64,000 bases of DNA from Klebsormidium nitens (lineage: Eukaryota; Plantae; Klebsormidiophyceae), in assembly GCA_000708835.1 (NCBI GenBank), contig DF237299.1, forward strand, positions 33,660 through 97,659. The letters are read 5' to 3'. Below are positions 1 to 11,812 of the stretch, one piece after another. How positions within the stretch are numbered: position 1 is the stretch's first letter; every line of letters begins with the position of its first letter. The notes under the pieces are model-generated. The model searched no databases. It saw only the letters and a program-made list of their open reading frames with translations, and had not been told where the DNA came from. A program made the position numbers and the translations under genes.

Positions 1-3000
1 GTTTCTGGAGGGAGATCTGCCGTGGAGGTCGCAGTCGAACAAGGTGAGTCTAAGTCATCGTCTTATAGGCATCGACTGTCATTTTGCCTGTAAGGACAAG
101 TTGCGCTGGTGCTGGTTGGCATGAACTTATCAATCACATGAACCAATGGCAGCTCAGAGTCCTAAGTGCATCTGGCTAGCTTTGATGACGGTCCGAAGTC
201 CTTCAATGCAGGACAAGATACTGGAGTCGAAGGAGTTCTACAACCAGAACCCTGAGAAGTTCCTTCGGTTTCTGGAAACACCCAAGCAACTGCAGGTAAG
301 ACACTTCCCCAACCAAAAGCCAAAGGGTGGGAGAAGAGAAGCTAGGATTGCATCATCAAGATCTGGCTGGGGACACACGAATCAGAACAATAAATGACCC
401 CTTACGTTCGTGGTGCGCTGATGCCTCCAACCTTCTGCAGGATTTTGCAAGAACTTTGAGCGGGTTGGAGTATGAGGAGGACCCCGACTATGCACACCTG
501 CTGAGGCTTCTAGAGAGCCTCCTGGAAGAGCTGGGTGTACAGGTGAGCACTGGGCCCCAGCAAAATCAAGTTTACTTTGCCAAGCTTGTGGAATTGTACC
601 CTCGTGAGAGGATTGTTGCTGAGAGGCGAGCAACTATCAGAAATGAGGAAGCGGAAGGAACATACAATTCCATGTGCAAACAGGGGTGTTAACGGAAGCA
701 GTTGTTCCGTTCTGATAAGAGGTGCTGCCTACAAGGTGGTCTCTCAGACACAAGCTTCTGTCTGCAGCCGGACGCACTATTTGACTGGGAGGCAAGCGAG
801 GCCCCAGGGGAGGGAGGGCAGATGGGTGCGGTCGAGAGAGAGCCGTCGCCGTCCCGGCCCTTGCTGGAACTGTCAAGCCCGGCACAAGAGAGTGGCGAAA
901 TCAGCAACGCATTGCATGAGTTAGCGGAGGATGGAAGAGCAGGAAACGGGGCAGAAAACGATGCAGACGCTGTAACTTCCCCTACAGCGGAGCAAAGCGA
1001 CAGAGTGCAAGAAAAGAGGCCGGAAAACACGATGCACCTGCCGAAGGGGGGGCTCGGGCCCCATGACAGAGATCGGAGTCACGAGTGGAGGGAGCGGACT
1101 GAGAGGGGCAAGTCAGGTGAGAGAGCGGGACGGTCCTGGGACGTGGGAGGTGCGCGCAGAGGAGATGAGATGCGGGGGCGCGGCAGCAGTCGCGATTTTG
1201 CTAAGGAAACAGCAGACCGGCGGGGTGAGTCGTTGGCGCGGGAGCGCAGCCGATTGGACGTGGAGACTGAGCAGGAGAGGGCGAAGAGGAGGGAGGAGAA
1301 TCTTCGCCGACAGAAGGAGGCGGATCTTGCCAGGGGTCGGGACAAAGAGCCGGACTGGGAGAGGGATCGCAGCAGGGAGCGGGAGCGAGAACGGTACAGG
1401 GATCGAGACAGGGACAGAGATTACCAAAGGGAAAGAGGGGCCGACCGGTATAGAGACTATGATAGACGGAGGTATGGGGATAGCAGGGAGCGGCGGCGAG
1501 ATGACAGAGATAGGAGGGGAGGGGATCATGACCGGGGCCGGTCCAAGCATGGGGAGCGGAGGGCTGACTCGGTGTGCTTTGACATGCTGATGAGACTGCG
1601 GTGCAAGAAGGAGAGATGCCCGTTCAAGCACCCAGCCAGGTAGGGCTAGGTGCAGAAAACGATAGGGTCCACTCTCCGATGTGTTAGCCTGGAATGTTAG
1701 GTCGTTCGCTCCTGCGAGCCCGTCGAATAGCAACCTTTGCTTATCACTGAGATGCATCTCTGATTAGATAGTTCGTGCATTGGATTTTCACGGCTATAGT
1801 TGATGTCTGAAGCCGGCCTTGCTTGCGCAGAACTCCAAAGAACCCTGCCCAGGACATATGCCTGAGATACATCGACAACAACTGCCCGGACAGAGCGGAA
1901 GACTGCCGACGATATCATTGGACACGGGCAGAGGTATGTTGGATATCCTCCTTAGGCAGCGGCTGCATTCTGCAACGATTCCTGGCCACAGCGCAAGTTG
2001 CAGAAGGTTTCGCTGGGCAGCAGCAGGAAAGTACGATGCGCATGTTGCATTTCTGTGCTCAATTAGAAACGGTCGTTAACAGGAGAGGTTTCAGAAAGCG
2101 AAAGTTAGATGATAGTGCATACACGAAGTTAGCCTAAAGCAAGACCGATACTTGATGTGCAGGAGCTGGAGTACCTGCGGTCCGGAGAACTGCCACCTGG
2201 CGCATTGCGACATAAGCGTCCATATTCGCGCTATCGCTCGCGTTCCCGGAGCCAGACTCCGTCTCGGAGGCGCTCGGTCTCTCCATCCCGTCGGCGCTCT
2301 TTCTCCCCGTCTCAGAAGCGCTCCCTGTCTCCTTCCCGGAGACGCTCCCCCTCTCGGCGCCCAAGCCTTAGATCCCCCGGAGCTAGGAAGGCCCCACTTC
2401 TCTCCTCCCAAAAGCAACGCGACGACCCCCGCCGCTCCTCGGCCTCGGAAGCGTCCGACGGGGAGTCCCGGAGGAATCGTCGGGGGGAGAGCGAACGTGT
2501 TCGGGAGGTTCTCCCGGAGCCAGTCAAGCCGCCTACGCTTGAGCACCTTCATTCGCCGGACAGCGGCCGGTCCAATGTCATCGACGGGGAGGTTGCAGAG
2601 GAGGTGGCGAGCGCAGGGGAGGTTGCAAGTGCGAAGACGGCACCGGCGGCAGAAGCCGCTTTGTCCGTATTGGAGCTCGAGCCCCCGGCACTCGGCCCGG
2701 GAGAAGGTCCTGAAAATCCGGAGGCGGTCCTGGAGCGGCCGGCGTCGCCGGGGAGCCGGCTGCTGGCGATGGCCATGCAGAGCTTTGACACTGCGAACGA
2801 GGGGGCCAAGATCGGTGCGGGGCTTGAGGTGCTCAACGTCAACGGGGGCGACAAGCGGCCAGCGCAAGGGAGCAGCTGGCCCATGGGGCTGCTGGCAAAG
2901 AGTCCCGTTGAAGGACCGGCTGCGGCAGAGGAGCTTCCGGCGAGCAGCGCTCCTGAGGCGTCGGGCATGAGAATACAAAATGAGAGAGGATCCTGGAGTC

Positions 3001-6000
3001 GGCCCGCGGCAGGGGGGAGCACGCGCGAGGGCAAGGGGCCGGTGCACGTGGCAAAAGCATCCCAGGAGGAGTTGAACCGAGCTTTGAACCGGAAGTCTAA
3101 CGCGGAGGTCTCCGGTTTGCGAGGCAAGGTTATTGGGGATATGCCAAAGGGTGGGCCTCAAGAGCCAAGAAGTTTGCGGCTCAAAACCAGTCCGCCGAAA
3201 GATCAGGGTGTGTCGGGGGTTTCTCGGGAAGGGCGATCGGGTCGTCTGGAAGATGTGAAAGCTGGGTCGAGCCTTGAGAAGATCGCTAGGGGAAGTGTTG
3301 GAATCGCAAGGGAAACAACTGTGGAGACGGTGCGTGCAGCGTCGGATCTACGGAAGGATCTGCCGGTTGTCAGCAAACGGAAAGAGGTGCAGGTTGTCAG
3401 CAAAGAAGGCTCTCTGGCGTCTTCGGTTCTAGATGCTCTGAATAAAGAGACTGTACATAAGGACCGGATCCAGCCGGCAGACGAGAACCAGCCGGAAAGA
3501 ATCCCACACACGGAGGAGAGCCTAGTCGTACAGAAAAGAGAGGTTGCAAACGGTGCTCGTTTCGAGCAGCCGGAAGGTGAAGCAAGGAACGGAACGGGGG
3601 AAGGGGTCTCGGTCAAGCCGCCTGTCAATAAAGCTTCCGAGATGCAGGCGGTGAAGCCTGCAGTGTCAGCGTCAGTCAAGGTCGGCAGTCCGGCCAAGGG
3701 TGCCGTACAGAAACTAGCGGAGAAGGATAAGGGCCTCGGGAAGAAAGGGGTCGCGCCGAAGTTCAAGGAGGTCAAACCTGACGTCAAGGGTTCCGCTGCA
3801 GCACCTCCTGGGGATAAGACGGCAGGAGCTGTTCCCTTATCCGCAAGCGCAGCTCCTAAGGTAATCAAGAAAGTGATCATCAAGCAGCGGGGCGAGACAA
3901 TCGCGCCCTCCGAGGGTGCTGCTGCACTAGCCAGCAAGAAAGGAACAGGGGGCAAACGGTTGCCTGGCACGGCGACCGCAAGACTTTCAGGGGGAAAGAA
4001 ACCTGGTAAGGGTCTGAGTATAGAGGGACCCCCTGGAAAGGCTGATTCGTTGAGCCGTCCGTCTTCGCCGGCCGCTCAGCTGCTTCAGAGTCCAAAGGGG
4101 CGGCCCCCGTCTCCGTCTGCGCGCCTGCTCCCTGGCGCGAACAAGTCGGGGGGCATTCCCCCGGGGTTGAAGGAGAGTGCGCCCCTGGTTGCGAGCAAAC
4201 TGGAGGAGCTATTCCGGGCGAGAAAGCTGCACCCGAAGCAGCTGGACGAGCGGTAAGGCTCGACGGACCGGCTGGGGTTAGGAGCAAACGAATCTTGAAC
4301 GAATCCAAATCACTGTTACTGTTGCTATCATGCATCTAAACGGTAATGGGTGTAAAGCCTGACCGGTCTGGTGTGTGGGTTTCTTTGTTGGTGGCTTTCC
4401 TGCGAGCTTCGAAGCGATTGCTCTATGTATTACTGAATCGACTTGTTCCTTCTGCACTGTGTCGACGGCAGCCCAGAAGGTTTGCTGCCAAGAGGACTAC
4501 AAAGCGTGCTCTGCGGTCTCGCTCTCTCTAAATACCCCTGCATTCAGGTTCGTTTGAAACGTCGTTCAATCCAATTTTAAAACTCCTGTCCCGTCGACCT
4601 GTGCTTAGTCCTGATCAGCCCCTCGTGTTGCCACAGGGTTTGGGACCAGCTTCAGCGGACCGCTGAGCCTGCGGTGCTTCAGTGCCTCGACGAGTTCCAG
4701 GAGCTCGCCGATCAGATTGAGCCCTTGCAAGTTGCTTCCTACCTTCTGCTCCAGCTAAAGCGGAAGCAGACCGCCGGCAAAAGGCCAAGCAGCTCCGATA
4801 AGGGTGAGCACACTGCGGCAGCGTCTGCATGCCGTTTCGCTGCTTGAGTTGCTTGGTGGTTCCTGATACTCAACGGAAGAGAACTGTCATGCAGTCCACT
4901 TTTCGTCTGCCTTCTTCTGTGTTTGCACCCATGCGCTCTTCTCGAGAGGATGTACAGCTCCCACTAGAATCTGACATGAGCTGCCCAGCTTCGCTCTAGG
5001 TCGCCAGATATATCCTCTATCGTCGATGGAGGGGAGTGGGATTTCCCGGTTGAGCAGACGGATCTGGCTCCCGCTCTCCTTTGCACTGCCGTCCAGCTGC
5101 TACTTAATCCTGGATTTCTGTATGAGTTTCTCACATCCCGCTTGCGGCTCCGTCTCAGGTCGGCCAGCTACGCCAAAGCCCGGTGCCCCCCGGCCAGCCC
5201 CTCCAGCAATACCCCCAGCCTCCGGTCCCGCTTCTCTGGCGGCCGCACTGCCCTTAGTCGAGAGCAGTGACATGCCCACCGCCCCCAGCACCCCCGCACG
5301 CTCCGGCCTCAACACCGAGGCCCCCGCCCACGTTCGCAACCCGAGCTTAGAGTTACCCCCTTCGATACGGACTTCTTCCTCAGAACCAGGCACGCAGAAG
5401 GCCGGTGCGGCGCAGGACATCGCAGCCCACAGAAACGGCCTGTCGATTGAGATTGGGGGGCCGGTACGGAGCCCTTTGAGGGGCCCCGTTTTGGACGACG
5501 CCACGTCCGGCGGGCAGCCCGGGGGCAGTCAGGCGGACGAGCCGCGGTTGGACCCGGTGCCAAGCCCCCGCGCGGTTGGGAAACGCAGCGCTCTGGGGCG
5601 GAGAATGTCCGCGAACACGTTGAGTCGTTTTGGGGGTAAGGAGCTCGACGTTCTCGAGCGGACTGGGGAGACGAAGGAAGAGGGGGCGGCGCCGAGCAAG
5701 GTGAAGAGCGAGGAGGGCAGCGCCGAGGGTGTGAATAAGCCCGAGCTGGGGCAGCAGCGGCTGCCCCCGGCTCCTGCGGGGGCTGTTCACACCGAGGTGT
5801 CGCCCAAGGCCAGCGGCAGCGAGAGCTCCAGCTTTTCGAGTCTGTTCAAGGAGGAGGAAGGGGGGGGGGAGGACGACGATGGGGACGAGGTGAATGGGCC
5901 GTCGCCTATTCACACCGCGCAGGGGGATCTCTGGGCGGCGTCGGGCACGTGGGAGAAATCCAGCGGGGAAGGACCCCCTGGGCACAGCCGGAAGCGTTCC

Positions 6001-7384
6001 GCGGGCAGTATTGCAAACCTGGGGGGGTCGGGGAAGAGGTCGAGGACGGGCGAGGAAGGGGGAGCGGGGCACAGCGAGGAGGTGGACCTGCCAATTGGTG
6101 GGGGCGGTGTGACTGCGCGCGGTGGTGGTGTGAACGCGGCCTTGGCGGCAGATTCGAAGGTGCTAACGTGGTTCAAGGTGCACTTGCATTGGGAGCACTT
6201 TCCGCACCCGTTGCCCGATGGGGCGCTGGTGAAGGCGCGCCAAACGGACCGGTATCAGTCGTCGGCCACAGCGCTGATCAAGGTACGGACGCACAGTCAT
6301 GGCTTCAATTTGACACGCTTTTCTGCAAGAGCCTTTTGGCGCCCTTGCCAAAGCTTAAGAGCTCGCTTGACCTGCTTTGTATGGAAAGCGTTTTATGTTT
6401 GCAGAGGGCCTACGGCCTGCGTGAGTTACCCGTGTTTGCGTTATTATGTTTGGGTTCGGTTTCGGTTTGGGTGCGTACTTTGTCGTATTTGAGATTGACT
6501 CAAGGCTTGGATATGGAGCTGCAAAGCACCTGCATTTTCGTTCGCTTTGCCCGCTTCTTTGCAAAATTGCAGGTGGTACCGATTAATCGTGCGGTTCAGC
6601 CGCTTCTTGGAGAAAACTAGATGTAACGTTTTTACCTACTGAATGATCGCTCATATGATCCGCGATTAGGCGCGGTGCCAGTCCTTAGCATCCTTGGATG
6701 CAACCGTCTCTACTGTTCTGCCTCTGCAGACGCTCGAGATCATCCACCGCGTGGAGGTGCTAAGGAGCGCCTGGGTGCAGCAGACCCCCAGAAACCTCTT
6801 TGCGCTCCTGTTGCCGACATCAGCACGGACCAAAGTCACACCCGTGGTGAGGATTGCGGTTTCTTGCCACCCGCCGGATATCTAAAAGGTTCGCCCCCGT
6901 CAGAGAGTTAGGTAATACAGATTACAAAGGTCGAGACTCTGTTTGAGACGCCTTGATATCGGCAAAGAGTCCAGACAAGGGAAGCATTGCTATGCTCGAT
7001 TCTTATTTTCGGGGGCAGCTTGACTCTGCTCCGGCTTACGTAACCAGGCTTCGCTCAACAGTGTCGAAAGACGTCAAGGCTAGGTTCATGTTCGTGTGCG
7101 GATTTTGCGCAACCTGGAGTGTTGTCTTGCTGCGGTGGCCTTGGGGGTGCTACCTCCCTTGCTCTTCACCACTGAAACACCATCCATTTCTAGGGTGGGA
7201 ATGACATTGTGTGAAGGACCAAGCCCTATGTCCGACTGTCTTGCAGGAGCCCAAGGGGATGGCCAAGAAATTTTTCGTCACCGACCACGAGGGCCGCAAG
7301 TACTGGAGCACCATGAAGCGCGGCCCGGCACAGCCCAACCAGCACCACCTCGCGGCTGTGCTGGAACACGACTTGACGCACCTG
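1..7384 (+). CDS. 5'-partial multi-exon CK1-superfamily (CK1/TTBK-like) protein kinase with RD/RE-rich region, two CCCH-type zinc fingers, RS-rich region, long disordered regions and an hnRNP Q/R acidic (NURR)-like domain
   Basis: Phase-consistent exon chain: 1-43, 212-295, 441-542, 768-1639, 1831-1933, 2163-4252, 4637-4803, 5159-6282, then probably 6730-6846, ~7019-7078 and 7247-7384; the final exon is uncertain (~7620-7650). The first exons read FLEGDLPWR...LEYEEDPDYAHLLRLL...DALFDWE, the C-lobe end of CK1-family kinases. Zinc-finger-like motifs: CFDMLMRLRCKKERCPFKH and CLRYIDNNCPDRAEDCRRYH. The apparent ORF stops at 1643 and 4256 coincide with GT donors. Confidence 0.85.
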
Positions 7385-8048
7385 GTGAGACCCCACAGCA
7401 CGAGCGCTTGCGCTCAATGCAAAAAGGACGGTGGAGCCCTATGTGGTGACAGCGGATTCTAGTTCAGATAGAAGCCAACGTCTTTTGAAGTTGTTAGTCG
7501 AGCTGGGGCAGGACTCCCAGGGGATGATTGAGGAAAGATGGGAAGGGAAACTTGGAAAAGTGCTGAATGCTTTCCTTCTTTGGCATCCCCTCCGCGCCTG
7601 GACGCCTCAAGCAGCAGGAGAAGCCCCTTCGGTGCCGTATCTTCTGAGATAATCAATGTGCTCTCGCTCGAAGCGATTCCGGGGAAATACCTCGTGGAGC
7701 CTTTAACGACCATATAAGCGATCAGAGCGTCGTTCCTAAAACCCAAAACGTTAAAACGCCAAAATCATAGTTTCGCAGAACCCAACAAAACCCAGATCTA
7801 ATGACACGTCAAACTAGCAATCAAAAACCCAGAACTCAAACCTAACTCACGGTGGGCAGTGCCCTCATTTCGAGTTGCAAAACTCGTAACCTACTCTGCT
7901 TAATTGACCTCACCTCCAAGGGCAGCCTGCCGTTATTCCTAACCACCGCGCATTGTAACCGCGGATATTGCAGCGTCACATTGTACGTCTCCTGAAAATA
8001 CTGCGCCACGCTCTTGGTGACTGGGGCCGCGTTGGTCTCCGACGGCTC

Positions 8049-8058
8049 GCCACGTGGC
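8049..8058. promoter_or_regulatory. Palindromic G-box (GCCACGTGGC)
   Basis: Perfect 10-bp palindrome with a CACGTG core in the intergenic region upstream of the 8.6-kb gene. Function is inferred only. Confidence 0.3.
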
Positions 8059-8591
8059 TTGATGGCAAAGCTGCAACGTGTAGATTGATAGATTGAGGTA
8101 CTTAGGTGCGAATCGCAAATTGCATCGAAGTGAACTCGGTATGTCTCTTGTCTGCCTCCATTCTCGTCCTCTATTTACGGATGAGGGGATCTCGTAGCGC
8201 GATCATGACTAGAATGGTAAAACAGTATTTGTCTTGTACTCCGCTGCACCCTCTGCTCTACCCTTTTAAATCTGCGTCTGTGCTCCGATCCGGTGTTTGC
8301 ACCTCTTCATTTCCTCCCCCCTTCGCATCTGCCCGCTTCTCGATAGCCGGCATCCGTACAACTGCCTTCCTCAAAATCTCCACCCTTACAAAGATCCAGT
8401 TCTTTCACGTTCATTCTCCAACATCCGATGTCTAAACGAGATCACCTCCTTTCGCGTGTGTTCCGCAGGGTCTCTGCCCGCAGCTTGTTTCCATTGACTG
8501 GACTGTCGGCAAGAAGCAGGCGGGTAACGTGCTCCGCTTGGCGGGGCCCTGTACGTGCGTGGGCGTCCCTCTCGCCCCGCCCCTGGTGCCC

Positions 8592-9433
8592 ATGTCCCCC
8601 AAAAACAAGGCCCGGTTAGGGTTGCAGTCGGGCAGCGACGCCCATCTGAACCACTTGGCAGCAGAGGAACGGTTCGGAGGGGGGAGCCTGGGGGACGCAA
8701 AGGGCAAGCGGAAGGCTGGCAAGAAAGCCAACCGGCCCCCGGTAGTCAGCCCGGTGAGTGAACTGATTCTTGATCTAGATTGGAATCTAGCTCCGTCGTT
8801 GAGTGTTCTCTCACTTTTTGACACCTCGAGCAGCTGGTTTGCATATTGGGGGTCTCCTGTTTTGTTGGTTGCCCTCGACCTTTTGCTTTGCGAACCATCA
8901 CAGTGGTCAGCCTCTCTGGGTAGACCGTGAACTATCACCAGTTTTATGTCTGACCAAAATGTTTTTGTCCTTTGCCCCAGACGGCCGCCGAACTTGCAGC
9001 TTTTCCGACCCTAGACACCACTGCGCCGCTCTCGCCCGCCTCACAAAAGAAGCGCCTCGTCAGCGTGCCAAGTAGAAAGGGCTTCGCCACGCCCCTGCAA
9101 TCGCCGGGACCTTCACAAGGGGGGCTCGCGGAGACGGTGGGTGGCGCAGAGTGGGTGCCGGAGGGCCATGAACCAAGCGTATCGGTGGAAGCGGAGGAGC
9201 AGTCTGCCGGGGAGCAGGCGGCATTCTGGGAGGAGATCAAGGGAAACGTGAAGAGTCGGGAGCTGCAAAGTCTGAACTCGGTTTTGGTAGCGGGTAAGCG
9301 GCGGCGAGGTATGTGACCTGCGCTTGAAACGACGGTAAAATCAAAGTCAAGATGACAGATTGGGAGGAACATGGTCAGGGAGATGCCTTCAAATTTTGAA
9401 GATCGAGACGCCACCGAGTTGGCGGCCTGGTGA
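8592..9433 (+). CDS. Small multi-exon hypothetical protein (basic/low complexity); true start may lie upstream
   Basis: Phase-compatible exons 8592-8753 (ccg|gtgagt), 8981-9308 (ccccag|acg ... g|gtatgt) and a short last exon ending in TGA at 9431-9433. No recognisable domain. Confidence 0.4.
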
Positions 9434-10671
9434 CTATTCCCGCAAGGACAGGCGCAGCTCGTCCAAAGAGCCAATGCCAATATGTACGTGAGCCTAGATC
9501 ATTACAGAACGAAATGCTGAGGATTCCAGGTACGAATATGCAACCGGTTGCATAGGAAAGATTGATATGCTTAAGCATGCGCACTTAGTATTAATCAAAT
9601 TTACCGACCATCTATATGCAATTTTCATGAGACTTGCGACTTCTGACCTGATCTGCTACGATCAATAGGGATATAGAGAGGAGCATCAATCCGTGCATGC
9701 CCTATGGAACGCACGCCCTGTGCGCATAAAGTTTGGAACAGGCGGCGTTCTTGCATGCCAGCAAGATGCGTGACTATGTTCATAATCGCGTTTGCCCCTT
9801 ATACGGAATATTGATCATGGGTGCCGCTGGCACTGGCAGCAGCTATAGCTGGTGAATCCGCCAGCCTTCATATGGCAGCCTGCGCACTTAAAAGCATGTG
9901 TGCACTGAGTAGCATATGTGTATTGTGACGCAACGCGCCACCCGGCCGGATGAGATTCCCCGCTTTTGCAGCATATGCTGCCGGAGTCGCGGCCGGCAAC
10001 TGCCGGACGCGGCCGCAGGGTTTTGTCAATGATGTTAGAAAGAATGAACATATCCTGACCGTTGATAATAAGACTCAAATGCTTATCGACGGCCCCGAGA
10101 TGTGGGCTGCTTCGTGTTGATCCGGTTCATCTGAAACGGTTTGCCGCACCTCAGAGAATCTCGAGTCCAATATGAGCTAGGCCTCTTAGCGATCGACTGA
10201 GAATTGCTATGAAATGGACAAGAAAGAGGAGAAATCGGACACTTCGCGAGTTGGAGAAGCGGAGACATTCTTTTCACAGGCGCTCATCTTTAAAAACGAG
10301 ACTGACTCATCAGCACCTCAACTTTTCTATGTGCATCCGGACGGTGACAGCGACGACGCCAGCTTCATGTGTAGGTGATTGAATGTTTACAATGTGATCC
10401 GGAATATTTCTATCATAATGGTGATTCTTTATATAGATGAAGTGTATGACAAGAATCCTCGAGCAAAGGGTGTAAATTTCGTCACAGTATGCGCGCCCTG
10501 GCAGCATGCTGACAACGATTTTACCATGCTATAGAGGATCGCTACTTATATGGTTCACGGGGGTTCAACATTGCATGCGCAATCATTGAATGCCGGCTTT
10601 TGAAAATGCCCATGGCATGGGCACACACGGTCATGCAATCAGATCTCTTGAAAGGCAACGTGTATGTATGA

Positions 10672-11441
10672 CACAAGCTACCTATGGTGGGTCTCGACGG
10701 TATCGACCGCGCGACGGTCGGGTCTCAAATTTGTATGACCGGTGTCACGCGTCGCGACACATTTTGTACGCAGTACTAACGATCGTACTCGGCCGTACTA
10801 GAGAATCGGGTCCGAATTCATGAATCGAGCTTTTCCTGACACGTCGATCAAACGGGCAATTACGTACTACCCGGAGGTACGGTACCGTCGCGCGAGACTC
10901 GAGTCTGCGCGGCCGACAAATTTAAATTTCATGGTCTTGGTCGGAACTTCCGACTTGTACCGTGCACGAGTACCGCGGTACCCAGACTGAAAGAAGAGTG
11001 CAGAGATTTGATATAGGAGTGTAAGAGAAGGCGCTCTTCAAAATCCAACAATGGCGGCCAACTTTGCGCCTCCTATGCTGCTATTTGAGATTTGTCCTGA
11101 ACAAAACATGATGTTGGAGCTTCAAAGGACAGCTAATGACGGTCCCCCAACATTTTTTTTAGCTTGTCAAAGGTTTCTGCATGTTGCATAAGCCGCATCT
11201 TAGTGTGGCATTTTCATGCTCCCGTCAAAGTGTAAAATAATACACTTGTTTACAACTTCATGACACTCACTTACGGCCGAGCAAAAATTCCTGAGTACTC
11301 GAACCGTACATGTTTCGGAAGTCCGACTCAGCGTAACGTGAACCGCCGGTATCACTGACAGAATTTGATACCGGGTCCCACAATTTCGTTGCGGTTCGAG
11401 TCGGAGTCGACTCGGCCGGAACCCACCGTAGGTAGCTTGTG
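10672..11441. mobile_element. 770-bp non-autonomous DNA transposon with 21-bp TIRs, CAC...GTG termini (CMC/EnSpm-like)
   Basis: CACAAGCTACCTATGGTGGGT at 10672-10692 matches the reverse complement of 11421-11441 at 20/21 positions. Both flanks read GA, a possible 2-bp TSD. No long ORF inside. Confidence 0.75.
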
Positions 11442-11812
11442 GAATATATACTTTGTTCAATCAAGTAGGTTCTCAGTACCGAATAAGCACTTCGCAATCG
11501 GTCGCTTTGATTCGGAAAAGTAAACCAGCGCCTGAAGTCAGCGCCGTGCAACAACCATGTACGAAAAGTTACACTGTCGCACTCATGCACGTTTGCAAGC
11601 GCATCATATCAGTAAACGATGTGCCAGGGTGGCTTAACCGGTCTAGATCAAGTCCTGATGACTACCAACACTTAATCATGTGCGGGCGTCCATTGAGCTG
11701 GCCTGTCACAAACGGCTGCAAGTATTAAGCAGATTGACATCCTATCTGCAAGCACCACAAGCAGCTTGAAGTATTCACATATGTACAGGCAGTTTGTTTG
11801 TGACTGTTTGTC

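Noticed and set aside
702-6492. ORFs 702-1643, 2157-4256 and 5026-6492 as three independent genes
   Set aside because: Their ends and starts coincide with phase-compatible splice sites; they are exons of one kinase gene.
9960-10440. Coding-looking fragments on both strands (e.g. + strand ALIFKNETDSSAPQLFYVHPDG)
   Set aside because: Short, interrupted by stops, no consistent exon chain or recognisable motif; at most a decayed pseudogene.
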